Assembly: GCA_900556405.1 (NCBI GenBank)
Contig: USPB01000001.1
Coordinates: forward strand, 1-50,318
DNA from: an uncultured Actinomyces sp.
GTDB taxonomy: Bacteria > Actinomycetota > Actinomycetes > Actinomycetales > Actinomycetaceae
Reading direction: 5' to 3'
Length of the DNA: 50,318 nt
Positions 27,475-37,100 of this stretch are shown piece by piece. The position numbers and the translations under genes are program-made. Below the pieces are notes generated by a model. That model saw nothing but the letters and a program-made list of their open reading frames with translations, had not been told where the DNA came from and ran no database searches. The stretch's first letter is position 1. Each line of letters starts with the position of its first letter.

Positions 27475-28704
27475 CTACTTCTTCTTACGCGTCGTCTTCT
27501 GCGTCGTCTTTTGCGTCGTCTTCTTGTGGTAGCGCGGACTCGTCCCCAGGTGCGTCGGGTACGTGTTGTCGCGGCTGACGACGAGGCGTTCATCGAGGCC
27601 CCGGTACTGGTAGGAGTTATCGTTCAGGATGACGCGCGGATCCACGACGCCATCCTTGTAGTCCTGCACGTCCTGGCGGCTCGGCACCGTGTTCTCGCCC
27701 TTGTCCATGAAGGGATTCTCATCCGGGAAGGACATCGGAGAAGTCGTGAGCAACGCGTACACGTCAAGCGCGCCATAGCCGGTGTACGGGTTCCACTGGC
27801 CGCCGTTTCCGCCCACGCCGGTACGCGCCAGGCCCTGCATGATCTGATTGCCGCTCGCACCTGGCCACCGCTCCATCGACAGCGCCAGCGAACCCGCGAC
27901 GAGGGGTGTCGCAAAAGAAGTCCCCCACCAATTACCGCGCTCCTGCGACACGCCGGAGCGCACGTACGGGCGCGCCAGGGCCGCCGTCGACACGGGACTC
28001 CCCCAGTTCGAATAGTCCGCGATGACGCCGTTGTGCTCGATCGCGGCCACGCCCACCACGCCACCCCACGCGGGCAGCCAGTCCTTCGAATCGCGGGTCG
28101 AATCGTTGCCGACGCAGGCGACCACCGGGACTTCTTGCGCAATCGCGCGCGCCAGAGCCCAGCGCATCCCCTCGTAAGTACTGGGGTAACTCGCTGACGT
28201 CGTGATCACGTCCACGCCGTCGTTCAGCGCAGTCTCAATGAGAACCGAGAGGTCGGAATAGCCTCGCAAAAACTCGCCAATCGCACAGTCGGACCCCGTC
28301 CAATCGCCCGCAAAGGACAGCCCGTATGCACGCAGCGTCGCGCCCGACGCAATCCCGAACTGGGGCGAGACAATCTCTTGGGCAATGACCGTCCCGTGGT
28401 CCCAATACTTATCCTGAGAATTAACCTGGCAGGGACGGTAGATTTCGATGTCGGCACCCGCCAACTCGGGAATGCCAGTATTCACCGGCCCATCGATGAG
28501 GCCAATCGTCTTGCCCTTACCCGTAATCCCCGAGTTCCGTATCGCGTCCAGGTAGTAGTAGGAGTAGAAAGGCTCCTCATTCGCCCCAATCGCACTATCA
28601 GCCGAGGCCGGCGCCGCGGGAATCACGAGAGCCGTCAGCGCGAGTGCCCCGGCCACACCGATACCTGTGCCACGCCGCGCGACGCGACCGAACCCGTGCT
28701 TCAT
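27475..28704 (-). CDS. Secreted S8 serine protease, paralog 4
   Basis: Signal peptide ending APASA; IGLIDG, DHGT, CVGN, GTSFATP; HLGTSPRYH followed by KKTTQKTTQKTTRKKK. Start set at ATG 28704 after the GAAAGGA RBS. Confidence 0.9.
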   Translation of the reverse strand: MKHGFGRVARRGTGIGVAGALALTALVIPAAPASADSAIGANEEPFYSYYYLDAIRNSGITGKGKTIGLIDGPVNTGIPELAGADIEIYRPCQVNSQDKYWDHGTVIAQEIVSPQFGIASGATLRAYGLSFAGDWTGSDCAIGEFLRGYSDLSVLIETALNDGVDVITTSASYPSTYEGMRWALARAIAQEVPVVACVGNDSTRDSKDWLPAWGGVVGVAAIEHNGVIADYSNWGSPVSTAALARPYVRSGVSQERGNWWGTSFATPLVAGSLALSMERWPGASGNQIMQGLARTGVGGNGGQWNPYTGYGALDVYALLTTSPMSFPDENPFMDKGENTVPSRQDVQDYKDGVVDPRVILNDNSYQYRGLDERLVVSRDNTYPTHLGTSPRYHKKTTQKTTQKTTRKKK

Positions 28705-28803
28705 CACTATTCCTTTCGCCACGCACCCCGGCGGCGCGCAACACGTCAGTCTACCATCCGGTCATGTGCGCGAGCGTGACGGCTCAATCGCCATCACCGC
28801 GCC

Positions 28804-30321
28804 TCACGGCACCGTGACACACTGGGTGACGGGTGCCGATTCGCGGCCCGTGGCCTCCACGACGACGCTGACCGTCAGACAGTTCTCACCGCTGACCGCG
28901 CTCGTCGTCAGGCTGTTGCGGCGCATCGTCTCAGCGACCACGGCCTCGCCAGGGCGCGTCAGCAGATACTTAAAAGCCAGCTCCGTGGCCTGGTACTGCC
29001 CCTGCTGGGGAATATCCCAGCCCCACCGGATCTCTTTCCCATTCGGCGTCGCGGTGAGCCCCGTGACCGCCTGCGGAGGAGCCACGCTCGTATCCGTCCC
29101 CTGGCTAGCGCCGCTCAGAGACCCGCCCGTCGCCTCGGCGCTCGGCGTTGCCTCGGCGCCACCGCCGCCCAGGTGAACGCTGTGCCCGCCGCCGGTCAGC
29201 ATCGCGACCACCAGGCCAGCGGTCGCCAGCACCATGACGAGCGCAAGAACCGGCAGCACCCACGCGGGACGCTTCGACTCCCCCTCGACCAAGCCGGTCC
29301 TGCCCGTCGTCGAGTTGCCCGCCCAGGCCTCGTTCAACGAGGGCTGGGCACCGTCCGCGAAACTACCGCGCCGGGTGCGCGTACGCTCCGCGTCGAGGGC
29401 CACAGGGGAGGGCGCGGACAGCGCCGAGGCGGGTGCACTCGAAGAAGCGACGACGCTCAGCTTCATCTCCGTGACCGGGCGATGCATCTCGCGCTCGATC
29501 GTCTGCAACGCGTAGCCGAGGGCCGCCGCCGAACCGAAACGCTGCTCAGGATCCAGACTCATCGCGCGACGAACGATAGCCGTCACCGCCTCGGGCACGC
29601 CCGGACGGTCGATGCGCGACACGCGGCCACGGGCCACGCGCTGGGCCACCGCCTGAGCAGAGTTATCCCCATCCACGACCTCGAAGGGCGAACGGCCCAT
29701 CAGCAGCGTCCACAGGGTCGCACCCAGCGCCCACACATCCTGCGTCGGGTGAGCGCGAGCCGTACCCGCAATTTGCTCCGGGGGCGCCCACATGACCGAG
29801 AACCCGTCGCGACCCCCACGCGGATCGGTCCCCACCTGCTCCGAGACACCAAAATCCGTGAGCACCGGCGACCCGTAGGCGTTAATCATGATGTTGCTGG
29901 GCTTAATATCGCGGTGCACGTAGCCCGCACGGTGCAGCATCTCCGCGCCACCGCACATGCGGATGATCATGGACAGGGCCCGGTCCGTCGCCATCGGATT
30001 TGCGCGCACCTGGTCGAGAATGTTCGCGACGGGGCAATACTCCATCACCAGATACGGGCGGCCGTCCGGCGTGCGGCCCGCCCCGTAGAGCTGGGCGACA
30101 GCCGGGTGACCCGACACGAGAGCCATCACGTCCGCCTCGCGGGCAATACCGGCCTCGCCGTCCGCCCCACGATCACGCCGGGCAACCTTCACGGCCACCT
30201 CTCGGCTGGGCAGCTCCTGGCGGCACAGGAACACGTCCGCGAAACCACCCGACCCCAGCGGCCGGATCCACTGGTATCCCGGCAGAACCGGGACCATCCC
30301 GACGCGAGCGTCGCTCTCCAT
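28804..30321 (-). CDS. Hanks-type Ser/Thr protein kinase with TM helix and extracellular Fn3-like domain
   Basis: LGSGGFADV, VAVK, HRDIKPSN, DFG, WAPPEQ, DVWALG; TM WVLPVLALVMVLATAGLVVAML. ATG 30321 overlaps the upstream stop (TGATG). Confidence 0.93.
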   Translation of the reverse strand: MESDARVGMVPVLPGYQWIRPLGSGGFADVFLCRQELPSREVAVKVARRDRGADGEAGIAREADVMALVSGHPAVAQLYGAGRTPDGRPYLVMEYCPVANILDQVRANPMATDRALSMIIRMCGGAEMLHRAGYVHRDIKPSNIMINAYGSPVLTDFGVSEQVGTDPRGGRDGFSVMWAPPEQIAGTARAHPTQDVWALGATLWTLLMGRSPFEVVDGDNSAQAVAQRVARGRVSRIDRPGVPEAVTAIVRRAMSLDPEQRFGSAAALGYALQTIEREMHRPVTEMKLSVVASSSAPASALSAPSPVALDAERTRTRRGSFADGAQPSLNEAWAGNSTTGRTGLVEGESKRPAWVLPVLALVMVLATAGLVVAMLTGGGHSVHLGGGGAEATPSAEATGGSLSGASQGTDTSVAPPQAVTGLTATPNGKEIRWGWDIPQQGQYQATELAFKYLLTRPGEAVVAETMRRNSLTTSAVSGENCLTVSVVVEATGRESAPVTQCVTVP

Positions 30322-32879
30322 CAGCGTGTTCCTTTCCGACGACCCATACGCCCCGTCAACGGCCGACGCTTCGCCCCGGATGCGGCGGCCGCCTGGCGGC
30401 GCGCACGGCGGCGCCAGCGCAACGACTTCAGCGACAGCGCATAACGCAGCCGCGCGAACGGGGAGACCGAGGCCGCCCACTCGCGGCGCAGCTCATCCAC
30501 GTCCTCCCACGCCTGCTTCGCATCCTCAGGGCGTGCGCCGCCCGCGGCAAAGTCCGCGACATCCGCGCGACGCGCCACGGTGACCGGGCGGGGAACCGCG
30601 CCCGAGAACAGTGACCAGCCGGGCACGCGCACGTTGGCCGCCGAGGCCTTGGCGGGCTTGCGAGACTTCGCCGCCCCCGCCTCGTCGTCCTCAGATTTGT
30701 CAGGCGTCCACTGCGAAGCCAACGCCCACGCGACCTCCTGACGGGTCAGGTGCGGCTCCACCACGAGGCCCGAATCGATCGCCGTATCCACCAGCTCATC
30801 CCACGAACCGCGCACCGACTCGGCGGCCTGCGCACCGCGGCGGGCCTTGCGGCGGCGAGACTTCGCGAGCAGCACCGCCAGAACCGGACCGACCAGCAGG
30901 AACAGGAACGCGGACACCGTCCCGATAGCCATCCACGGGATGTGCAGGCCGTTCGGATCGTGCGGGTCCGTCGCCTGGTCGCGGGTGGCCGGAGGCAGCT
31001 CGACCGGCTGTTCCGGGGGCTCCGGCGGCTGCAAAACCTGCGGCTTGGGCACAGACTTCGGCTTGTTCACCTGCGTCGTGGGCTGCTGATCGCGCGGAGG
31101 CGTCGGGTCGAAGGTCGCCCAGCCCACGCCGGGGAACTCGACCTCGACCCACGCGTGCATGTCCGAGCCCGTCAGGTCGACGCCGCCCGACGTCCCCTCA
31201 CGGTAGGCACCCATGACGACGCGGGCGTTAATCCCCTGCGAGTGCAGCATGAGCGCCATGAGCGTCGCGTACTGCTCGTCGTCGCCCACCAGCGCCTCGG
31301 CGCTGATCATGCGCTCAATACGATCCTGGGAGGAACCGGGGCGCGAGTTAATCGTGTCGTCGTTCGAGTAAAAGCCGTCCGTGTGCAGGTAGCTCTCGAT
31401 CGCGCGGGCCTTCTCCAGGTCCGAGCGCGCGCTCGTCGTGTGCTCGGCCGCCAGGGAATCCACGTCCTTGGGCACATTTGTGTCCGTGCCCGTGTAGCGG
31501 GCCGCATCCACGCTGGCGAACTCCGAATCCTCGTGATCGCGCGGCATCGTCGTGCTCAGCGAATAGTTGAACTGGCCCGTCGGCCCCGTCGTCAGGGCGG
31601 TCTCCGCCCACAGGTCGTAGTTCAAGCCCTTCTGCTGCTCGGCAGCGCCCGGGTCGGAAGGCTCAAAACGCAGCACCGATACCTCGCCAAACGTCGGCAC
31701 CCACGGGCCCAAGAGCTGCGAGGTAGACACCGAGGCCTGCTCTCCCGCCGTTTCTGCGCTGCGTCCCGGGATCGTGGACCCGACGCGGCGGTACCCAGCG
31801 GTACCATCAGCGTTGTTCGTCACACCCATGCCGAACGTCGTTCCGTCGTACACCTCCATCGCGCCCAGGCGCACGCGCGCCCCCTTGGGCAGATTGGACA
31901 CGCGGATCAGGGATTCGTTCTCCAGATCCTTGTTGTAGTGGCGGTAACTGGACAGCGGAGAGGGATACTCGCGCGCATCCACGGGCGGTTCGACGACGTC
32001 ACGGCCCACAACGCGGTCCGAGGCCGTGGGGCCCAGCAGGGATGCCGCGGGGAGGGCGGCCGCGACCATCACGCCCACCATCAGGGCACCCATGCCCACG
32101 CGCCACCACACGTGCACGACCTGACGCGACGAGCCACCCATCGTCGTGGATGCAGTGGTCGACGACGCGGACATGCCGATCACGATGTCGGCACCCATGC
32201 GGGCACGGCCAATCGCCGACGCCCACGCCCACCACACGATGAGGCCAACCCACCACGCAATAACGAAGAGGGACGAGGGCGCCTCGTGCGTGGGCCCCCA
32301 CACGATCGCAATCACTCCGGCGAGAATCAGCGGCAGGGACCCCCACATGGGACGCCCATAGCGTACCGTGACGACCCCCGCAGCAACCGAGCACACGAGG
32401 CACGTCATCCACGGGACCATCGCCGGACCAACATAGGAACCGGCAGGAGGCGTCAGCGTCAGAAGATCCTTCCAGGCCTCGACCGAACCGATCACCAGCG
32501 TCTGGAGAGTGCGCGACGTGGGAACCACGACCCACCGGGTCGTGTCTCGCAGGGCTGCCGCCCCGCCCAACAGGAAGTGAGCCGCGACGACGGAAGCCAC
32601 GATCGACAGCAGGTCCCAGCGCCACTTCGACGCCACCCACGCGAGAGCGAGGCCGGTCGCGACGCCTGCGAGCGCTGCTATCAGACCCTGACCGCCACCA
32701 AAGACGGACTCGAACTGTACCACCGGGCCAGCGAACAGAACGGCAAGAATCAGGAGGGACCACGCGGGCATGGCGGCGCGGTGCACCGAGCCACCCATGG
32801 TGGTTTCCTGGGCAGTCGACCGACGCGTTCGACGCGGCGGCGCGGCCTGACGAGAAGGGGTGCGGGTAGGCGTACTCAC
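30321..32879 (-). CDS. TgpA-like multi-TM protein with transglutaminase-like domain
   Basis: N-terminal TMs; GDDEQYA...ARVVMG...MHAWVEVEFPGVGWATFDPTP core. GTG 32879 overlaps the DUF58 stop (GTGA). Confidence 0.87.
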   Translation of the reverse strand: MSTPTRTPSRQAAPPRRTRRSTAQETTMGGSVHRAAMPAWSLLILAVLFAGPVVQFESVFGGGQGLIAALAGVATGLALAWVASKWRWDLLSIVASVVAAHFLLGGAAALRDTTRWVVVPTSRTLQTLVIGSVEAWKDLLTLTPPAGSYVGPAMVPWMTCLVCSVAAGVVTVRYGRPMWGSLPLILAGVIAIVWGPTHEAPSSLFVIAWWVGLIVWWAWASAIGRARMGADIVIGMSASSTTASTTMGGSSRQVVHVWWRVGMGALMVGVMVAAALPAASLLGPTASDRVVGRDVVEPPVDAREYPSPLSSYRHYNKDLENESLIRVSNLPKGARVRLGAMEVYDGTTFGMGVTNNADGTAGYRRVGSTIPGRSAETAGEQASVSTSQLLGPWVPTFGEVSVLRFEPSDPGAAEQQKGLNYDLWAETALTTGPTGQFNYSLSTTMPRDHEDSEFASVDAARYTGTDTNVPKDVDSLAAEHTTSARSDLEKARAIESYLHTDGFYSNDDTINSRPGSSQDRIERMISAEALVGDDEQYATLMALMLHSQGINARVVMGAYREGTSGGVDLTGSDMHAWVEVEFPGVGWATFDPTPPRDQQPTTQVNKPKSVPKPQVLQPPEPPEQPVELPPATRDQATDPHDPNGLHIPWMAIGTVSAFLFLLVGPVLAVLLAKSRRRKARRGAQAAESVRGSWDELVDTAIDSGLVVEPHLTRQEVAWALASQWTPDKSEDDEAGAAKSRKPAKASAANVRVPGWSLFSGAVPRPVTVARRADVADFAAGGARPEDAKQAWEDVDELRREWAASVSPFARLRYALSLKSLRWRRRARRQAAAASGAKRRPLTGRMGRRKGTR

Positions 32880-34111
32880 GCGTTCACCCCCCGCGACACG
32901 AGCATCGGCAGGTCCTCCAGGGAGGGGCAATCGATGATGACGCCACGTGTGATCTTGCGTCGGCGCCTCGCCCGTCCCGGGACCACGCGAATGACGGACA
33001 CGACCACGTCGACTGGCGCGATATTCGCCAGGCGGGCCGCTTCCTCGTCATCCACGGACTCACTCACCACGATCGACAGGACCGAAATCCCGCCACGCTC
33101 CATGATGCAGCGACGGACGATGCCCGCGAAGTCGGGACGCGTCGAGGTCTCCATCTCGGACAGCGCATCCAGCATCGCCACGGGCGTACCCGTCGGAATC
33201 CACTCGTCGGCGGTGTGCATTGACAGCGTGCGCGCCTCACCCGACCCTGCGATCGCCAGCGACGCCGCGACCGACACGGCTGTCTCGAAGGAACGCCGAT
33301 CCCACGCGTCCATGCGCGTGTCGAGGAGCACCATGTGGTGGGAACGGTGAGTCTCCTCGAACTGGCGTACGATCAGGCGGCCCAGGCGCGCCGTCGAAGG
33401 CCAGTGCACCGCGCGCCGGTCGTCGCCCGGCTCATAATCACGCAGTGCGTGGAAGGACACGTCCGAACTGGTCAGCTTCTCGCTGGCCACGCCTTCGACA
33501 TCCATCTGCATACCCGTCGCGTCAAACGAGAAGCGCACCGTCGGCGGATGCACGTGCACCAGGATCGGCTCGTCCCACGAGCGCACGCGGCGCAGCAGGC
33601 CCAGGCCATCCATACGCACGGTGCGCGCCGGGCCCACGTTGATCACGCCGCGGCGCTTCGTCATCACCGAAAATGCCTCGTTCCACGTGCTGTTCGCGCT
33701 GATCGGAGGCACCAGGAACTCGCCACTGCCTCGTCCGATCGTGACCTCCACGATCGTCGAACCCGAGCGATGCCCGGACCCGTTCACCACGCGGATGCGC
33801 CCCACCGCCACCTGACCGGCAACGATGCGATCATTCTTCATGCGCAAGGACACCGACAGCGGCGACGGGGACGCGACCGAGGCGACCGCGACCACGAGGG
33901 CCACCAGGCCCATCACGGCAACGATAAAGCCCTCCAGCCAGCCGAAGGCCGCCGCAGCGATGCCACCCGCGGCCGTGACCGCGATCACCGCCCACCCGAC
34001 CGGCGTGAGCGCGCCCAGCCAACGAGCCGCCGCGTCGTAACCGGGCAGGGCCCGCACGCGTTCGCCCAGGGCACGCCACGCGCCGTTGAGAAGTCGACGT
34101 AGTTTCTTCAC
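32876..34111 (-). CDS. DUF58-domain protein (MoxR-associated, vWA-like)
   Basis: Two N-terminal TMs; RRGVINVGP...DGLGL; FHALRDYEPGDDRRAVHWPSTARLGRLIVRQFEE signature. Confidence 0.92.
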   Translation of the reverse strand: MKKLRRLLNGAWRALGERVRALPGYDAAARWLGALTPVGWAVIAVTAAGGIAAAAFGWLEGFIVAVMGLVALVVAVASVASPSPLSVSLRMKNDRIVAGQVAVGRIRVVNGSGHRSGSTIVEVTIGRGSGEFLVPPISANSTWNEAFSVMTKRRGVINVGPARTVRMDGLGLLRRVRSWDEPILVHVHPPTVRFSFDATGMQMDVEGVASEKLTSSDVSFHALRDYEPGDDRRAVHWPSTARLGRLIVRQFEETHRSHHMVLLDTRMDAWDRRSFETAVSVAASLAIAGSGEARTLSMHTADEWIPTGTPVAMLDALSEMETSTRPDFAGIVRRCIMERGGISVLSIVVSESVDDEEAARLANIAPVDVVVSVIRVVPGRARRRRKITRGVIIDCPSLEDLPMLVSRGVNA

Positions 34112-34118
34112 GCGATCA

Positions 34119-37100
34119 TCACTCCGGACGGCATTCGCCGGTCAGGTAGGACCCTTGCTTGAAGGCATCCTCGCTGTCTGCCTGGGTGGTCAGGCGCGTC
34201 CAGATCGGGCCCGCGCCATCCACACGCACCCACTCCGTGCCGTTCGTGCGGTCGTTGCGCACGGGGCACACGAACGGGACCGATGAACCCGACCATCCCG
34301 GCGCGCTCAGCGTGAACGTGTGGCACGAGGCCGGGTTGAACCCGCGCTCGTCACCGCGGCAGGTTTGCACCCACTGAGCGCTCACGTCGAGCTTCGTCAC
34401 GGAGTCCGGATGCTGGCTCATCGTCTTGGGCGCCACCGCGTTCACAGCCGTGACACTCGCCTGGTAGTGCGTCCCCTGCGCCAGATCCGAGAACGTCACC
34501 TCAGTGGCGTTACCGGGCACGGTCTTCGTCTGACCGCCCAGGGACACGCGAATCTCACTCACGGCCGGATTCGCGCCCACCGGGTCCCACTGGACCGTCA
34601 GGCTCGTCGAATTGACGTTCGTGATTCTCACGCCCACCTCCGAGGGCGCACCCGTCGCCGTACCCGTCGCCGCAACGACGGGAGAGACAGCCAGCGTGTT
34701 ATTCAAACCGATGCCCGTCTGGCAGAAGTAGTACGTCGTTGGCGCCCACCCGTTGGAGGGCACGATCATGCCATCACTAATCGGCTGGCCGCTGCCGCAC
34801 CCATTCTCGCTGGAAGAGTAGCGCAACGTCAGGTCGGAGGCATCGAAGCCTCGGCCCGTCGCAATCGACAGCCCGCTCACCCTCAGCTCACCCGGCGTGT
34901 TCGTTCCCGACAGGGTCGGGGCAGAAATCGGCGCGGGGGTCGTCGCAATCGAAACCTGCGCGTAACCGGCGCCCGCCTGGTCGCCGTCCGAGTTCGTCAG
35001 CACGACCGACACCGGTACCCCGCGACCGGTCTGCACGCCCGACAGCGTCACAGACGTCTGACCCGGCCCAGCCGTTTCGGTCACGCCACCAGCCGTGACC
35101 GTGGTGGGACCCCAGCCTCGACCATTGGAATTGCCCAGCGACCACGAGACCTCAACCGTCGCGCGGTTCGGGTCCGAACCCGCACCCACCGGCACTGCCG
35201 ACACGTTACTCGCCGGATCGGGGGCGCCGTGCGGGTAGCTCGCCGTCGGCGAAGACGGCGGCGACGGCGTCTCCGCATTGTTCAGCGCCTGAACGGACAC
35301 CGAGTACAGCTCACCGTTCTTCAATCCGCCGATCCGGATCGAGTTCTCAGAGCCCGACACCGACTGCGAGATCGGCTGGCCACCCGACGGCAAATTAACG
35401 AACACCATGTACGTGTGGATCGCAGACCCCGAGTTGCCCGGCTTCACCCACGAGATATCGAGGGCACCATCGACACCCACAACCGTGGGCGCCGCCATCT
35501 GCTCGGGTGCCGCGTCGATCAGCACCTCGGCCGATGCCGTCGACGGATCCGAATCCCCGGCCTCGTTGTGCGCGACGACCGTGAAGGAGTGCTTCACGCC
35601 GTTCTCCAGGCCCGTGACCTGGACGCCCGGATCGCGCGTCGTGAAGGTCCGACCGCTATTCCTATCGGTGATCGTGTAGCCCGAAATCGTGCCGCCATTC
35701 GCGGCGCCCGGCTGGAAACTCACGAACGCCGTTCCCGCACCCATCGGGGTCACCGACACGTTCTCCGGCGGGTCGGGGCGGTCCAGGACCTTGACGATAA
35801 CGCGGCCCTGCACGATGCGATCGGGGTCATTCGTCGCGTCCATGACGCGGTACACGACGATCATGTCGCCATGGAAGCCCGCCTTGGGCGTCACCGACAG
35901 AACATTCCCGTCTCCGGAGGCTGTTCCCTGCCCCACGTGAACAGACGCGTCGAGGACGACGAGCGGCTCCGTAAACGGGTTCGTCGTGTACTCCGCCAGA
36001 TTCACGTTCGCAGTCTGACCAGCGTTGACCTTGATGCGCGCGTCCGTCGTCGTCACGAGGGGTTTCGAGGACTTCACGATCGTCACCGGAATATCGGCAT
36101 TGACCGCGCCCGACCCATCATCGACGCTGACCGTGATCGCGCCGACCGGACCCTTCGGCTGGTCCTTCTTGCCGGTCACCGTCAGATTGAAGCCGTCCAG
36201 GGACACGTCGACGCCACCGGGGGCCTTGACCACGGCGTACGTGAAGGAGCCCTTCGCCTGGTCGTCCGGGTCGTCCACCATCTGCGTGAGATCCACCGTC
36301 ACGGCCTCGCCTTGTCCCACGAGGATCGGGGTCGGGGTCAGACGCGGCGGTAGGTTCCTGGCCGGCTGGATCGTCACCGGGATCGTCAGCGTCGAGGACA
36401 GGGCCGAGGCATCGTCCGACGCGCCGTCACGCACCGTGAAAGACAATGACGCCTTGCCCGACGCCGTGTCGGGAGCGCTCACCACGAGGTGCGTCGGGTC
36501 CTGCAGGGACACCGAATCCAGGCCGCCGTTGAACTTCACCGAGGCCGCGTCCGTAATGATCGGGGAACGCGAATGATCGCGCACGAGCACGTAGTCGCCG
36601 ATATCAAGGGTCACCGACGAACCCGCGCGGATCGCCACCGGAATACGCGTCATATCCAGGCGCGGGGCCAGCAGGTCGGTACCCGGAACGGTCACGACCG
36701 CGCTCGCGCTCAGGCCGTCGGGATCCGTCACCGTGTAGACGACGAGACGACGACGCGCATCCGGGGAAATTGACAGGTTCTGCCCCGACACGCTCACACC
36801 CGAGCCCTGCGCCGACACCGTCAGCGCAGCCGTCGTCCCATCCGGATCCTCGTCATTGACGAGGACGGGAACGCTCACGGGCTTCGAATCGGCGGGTAGG
36901 TCCGCGACAGACACGACGTCGTCGCGGGCAATCGGGGCGCGCAGCGGCGCATCAGCATCCACCGTCACCGTCAACTGCCCTTGCGCGCGTCCGCCTCGTC
37001 CATCCTGAATCTGGTAGGCAACGACGAACACGCCATCGGCTGCGGGAGCCTTGACCGTCACCGCATCCTGCGCCACGGTGACGGTAGCCGCGGGATCCGA

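Noticed and set aside
27384..27578. 64-aa ORF as an independent gene
   Set aside because: Its first half is the duplicated signal-peptide stub and the rest is antisense to paralog 4; treated as a remnant.
34108..34326. 72-aa ORF as a MoxR remnant
   Set aside because: It lies within the Fn3 gene in another frame and shows no AAA+ motifs.
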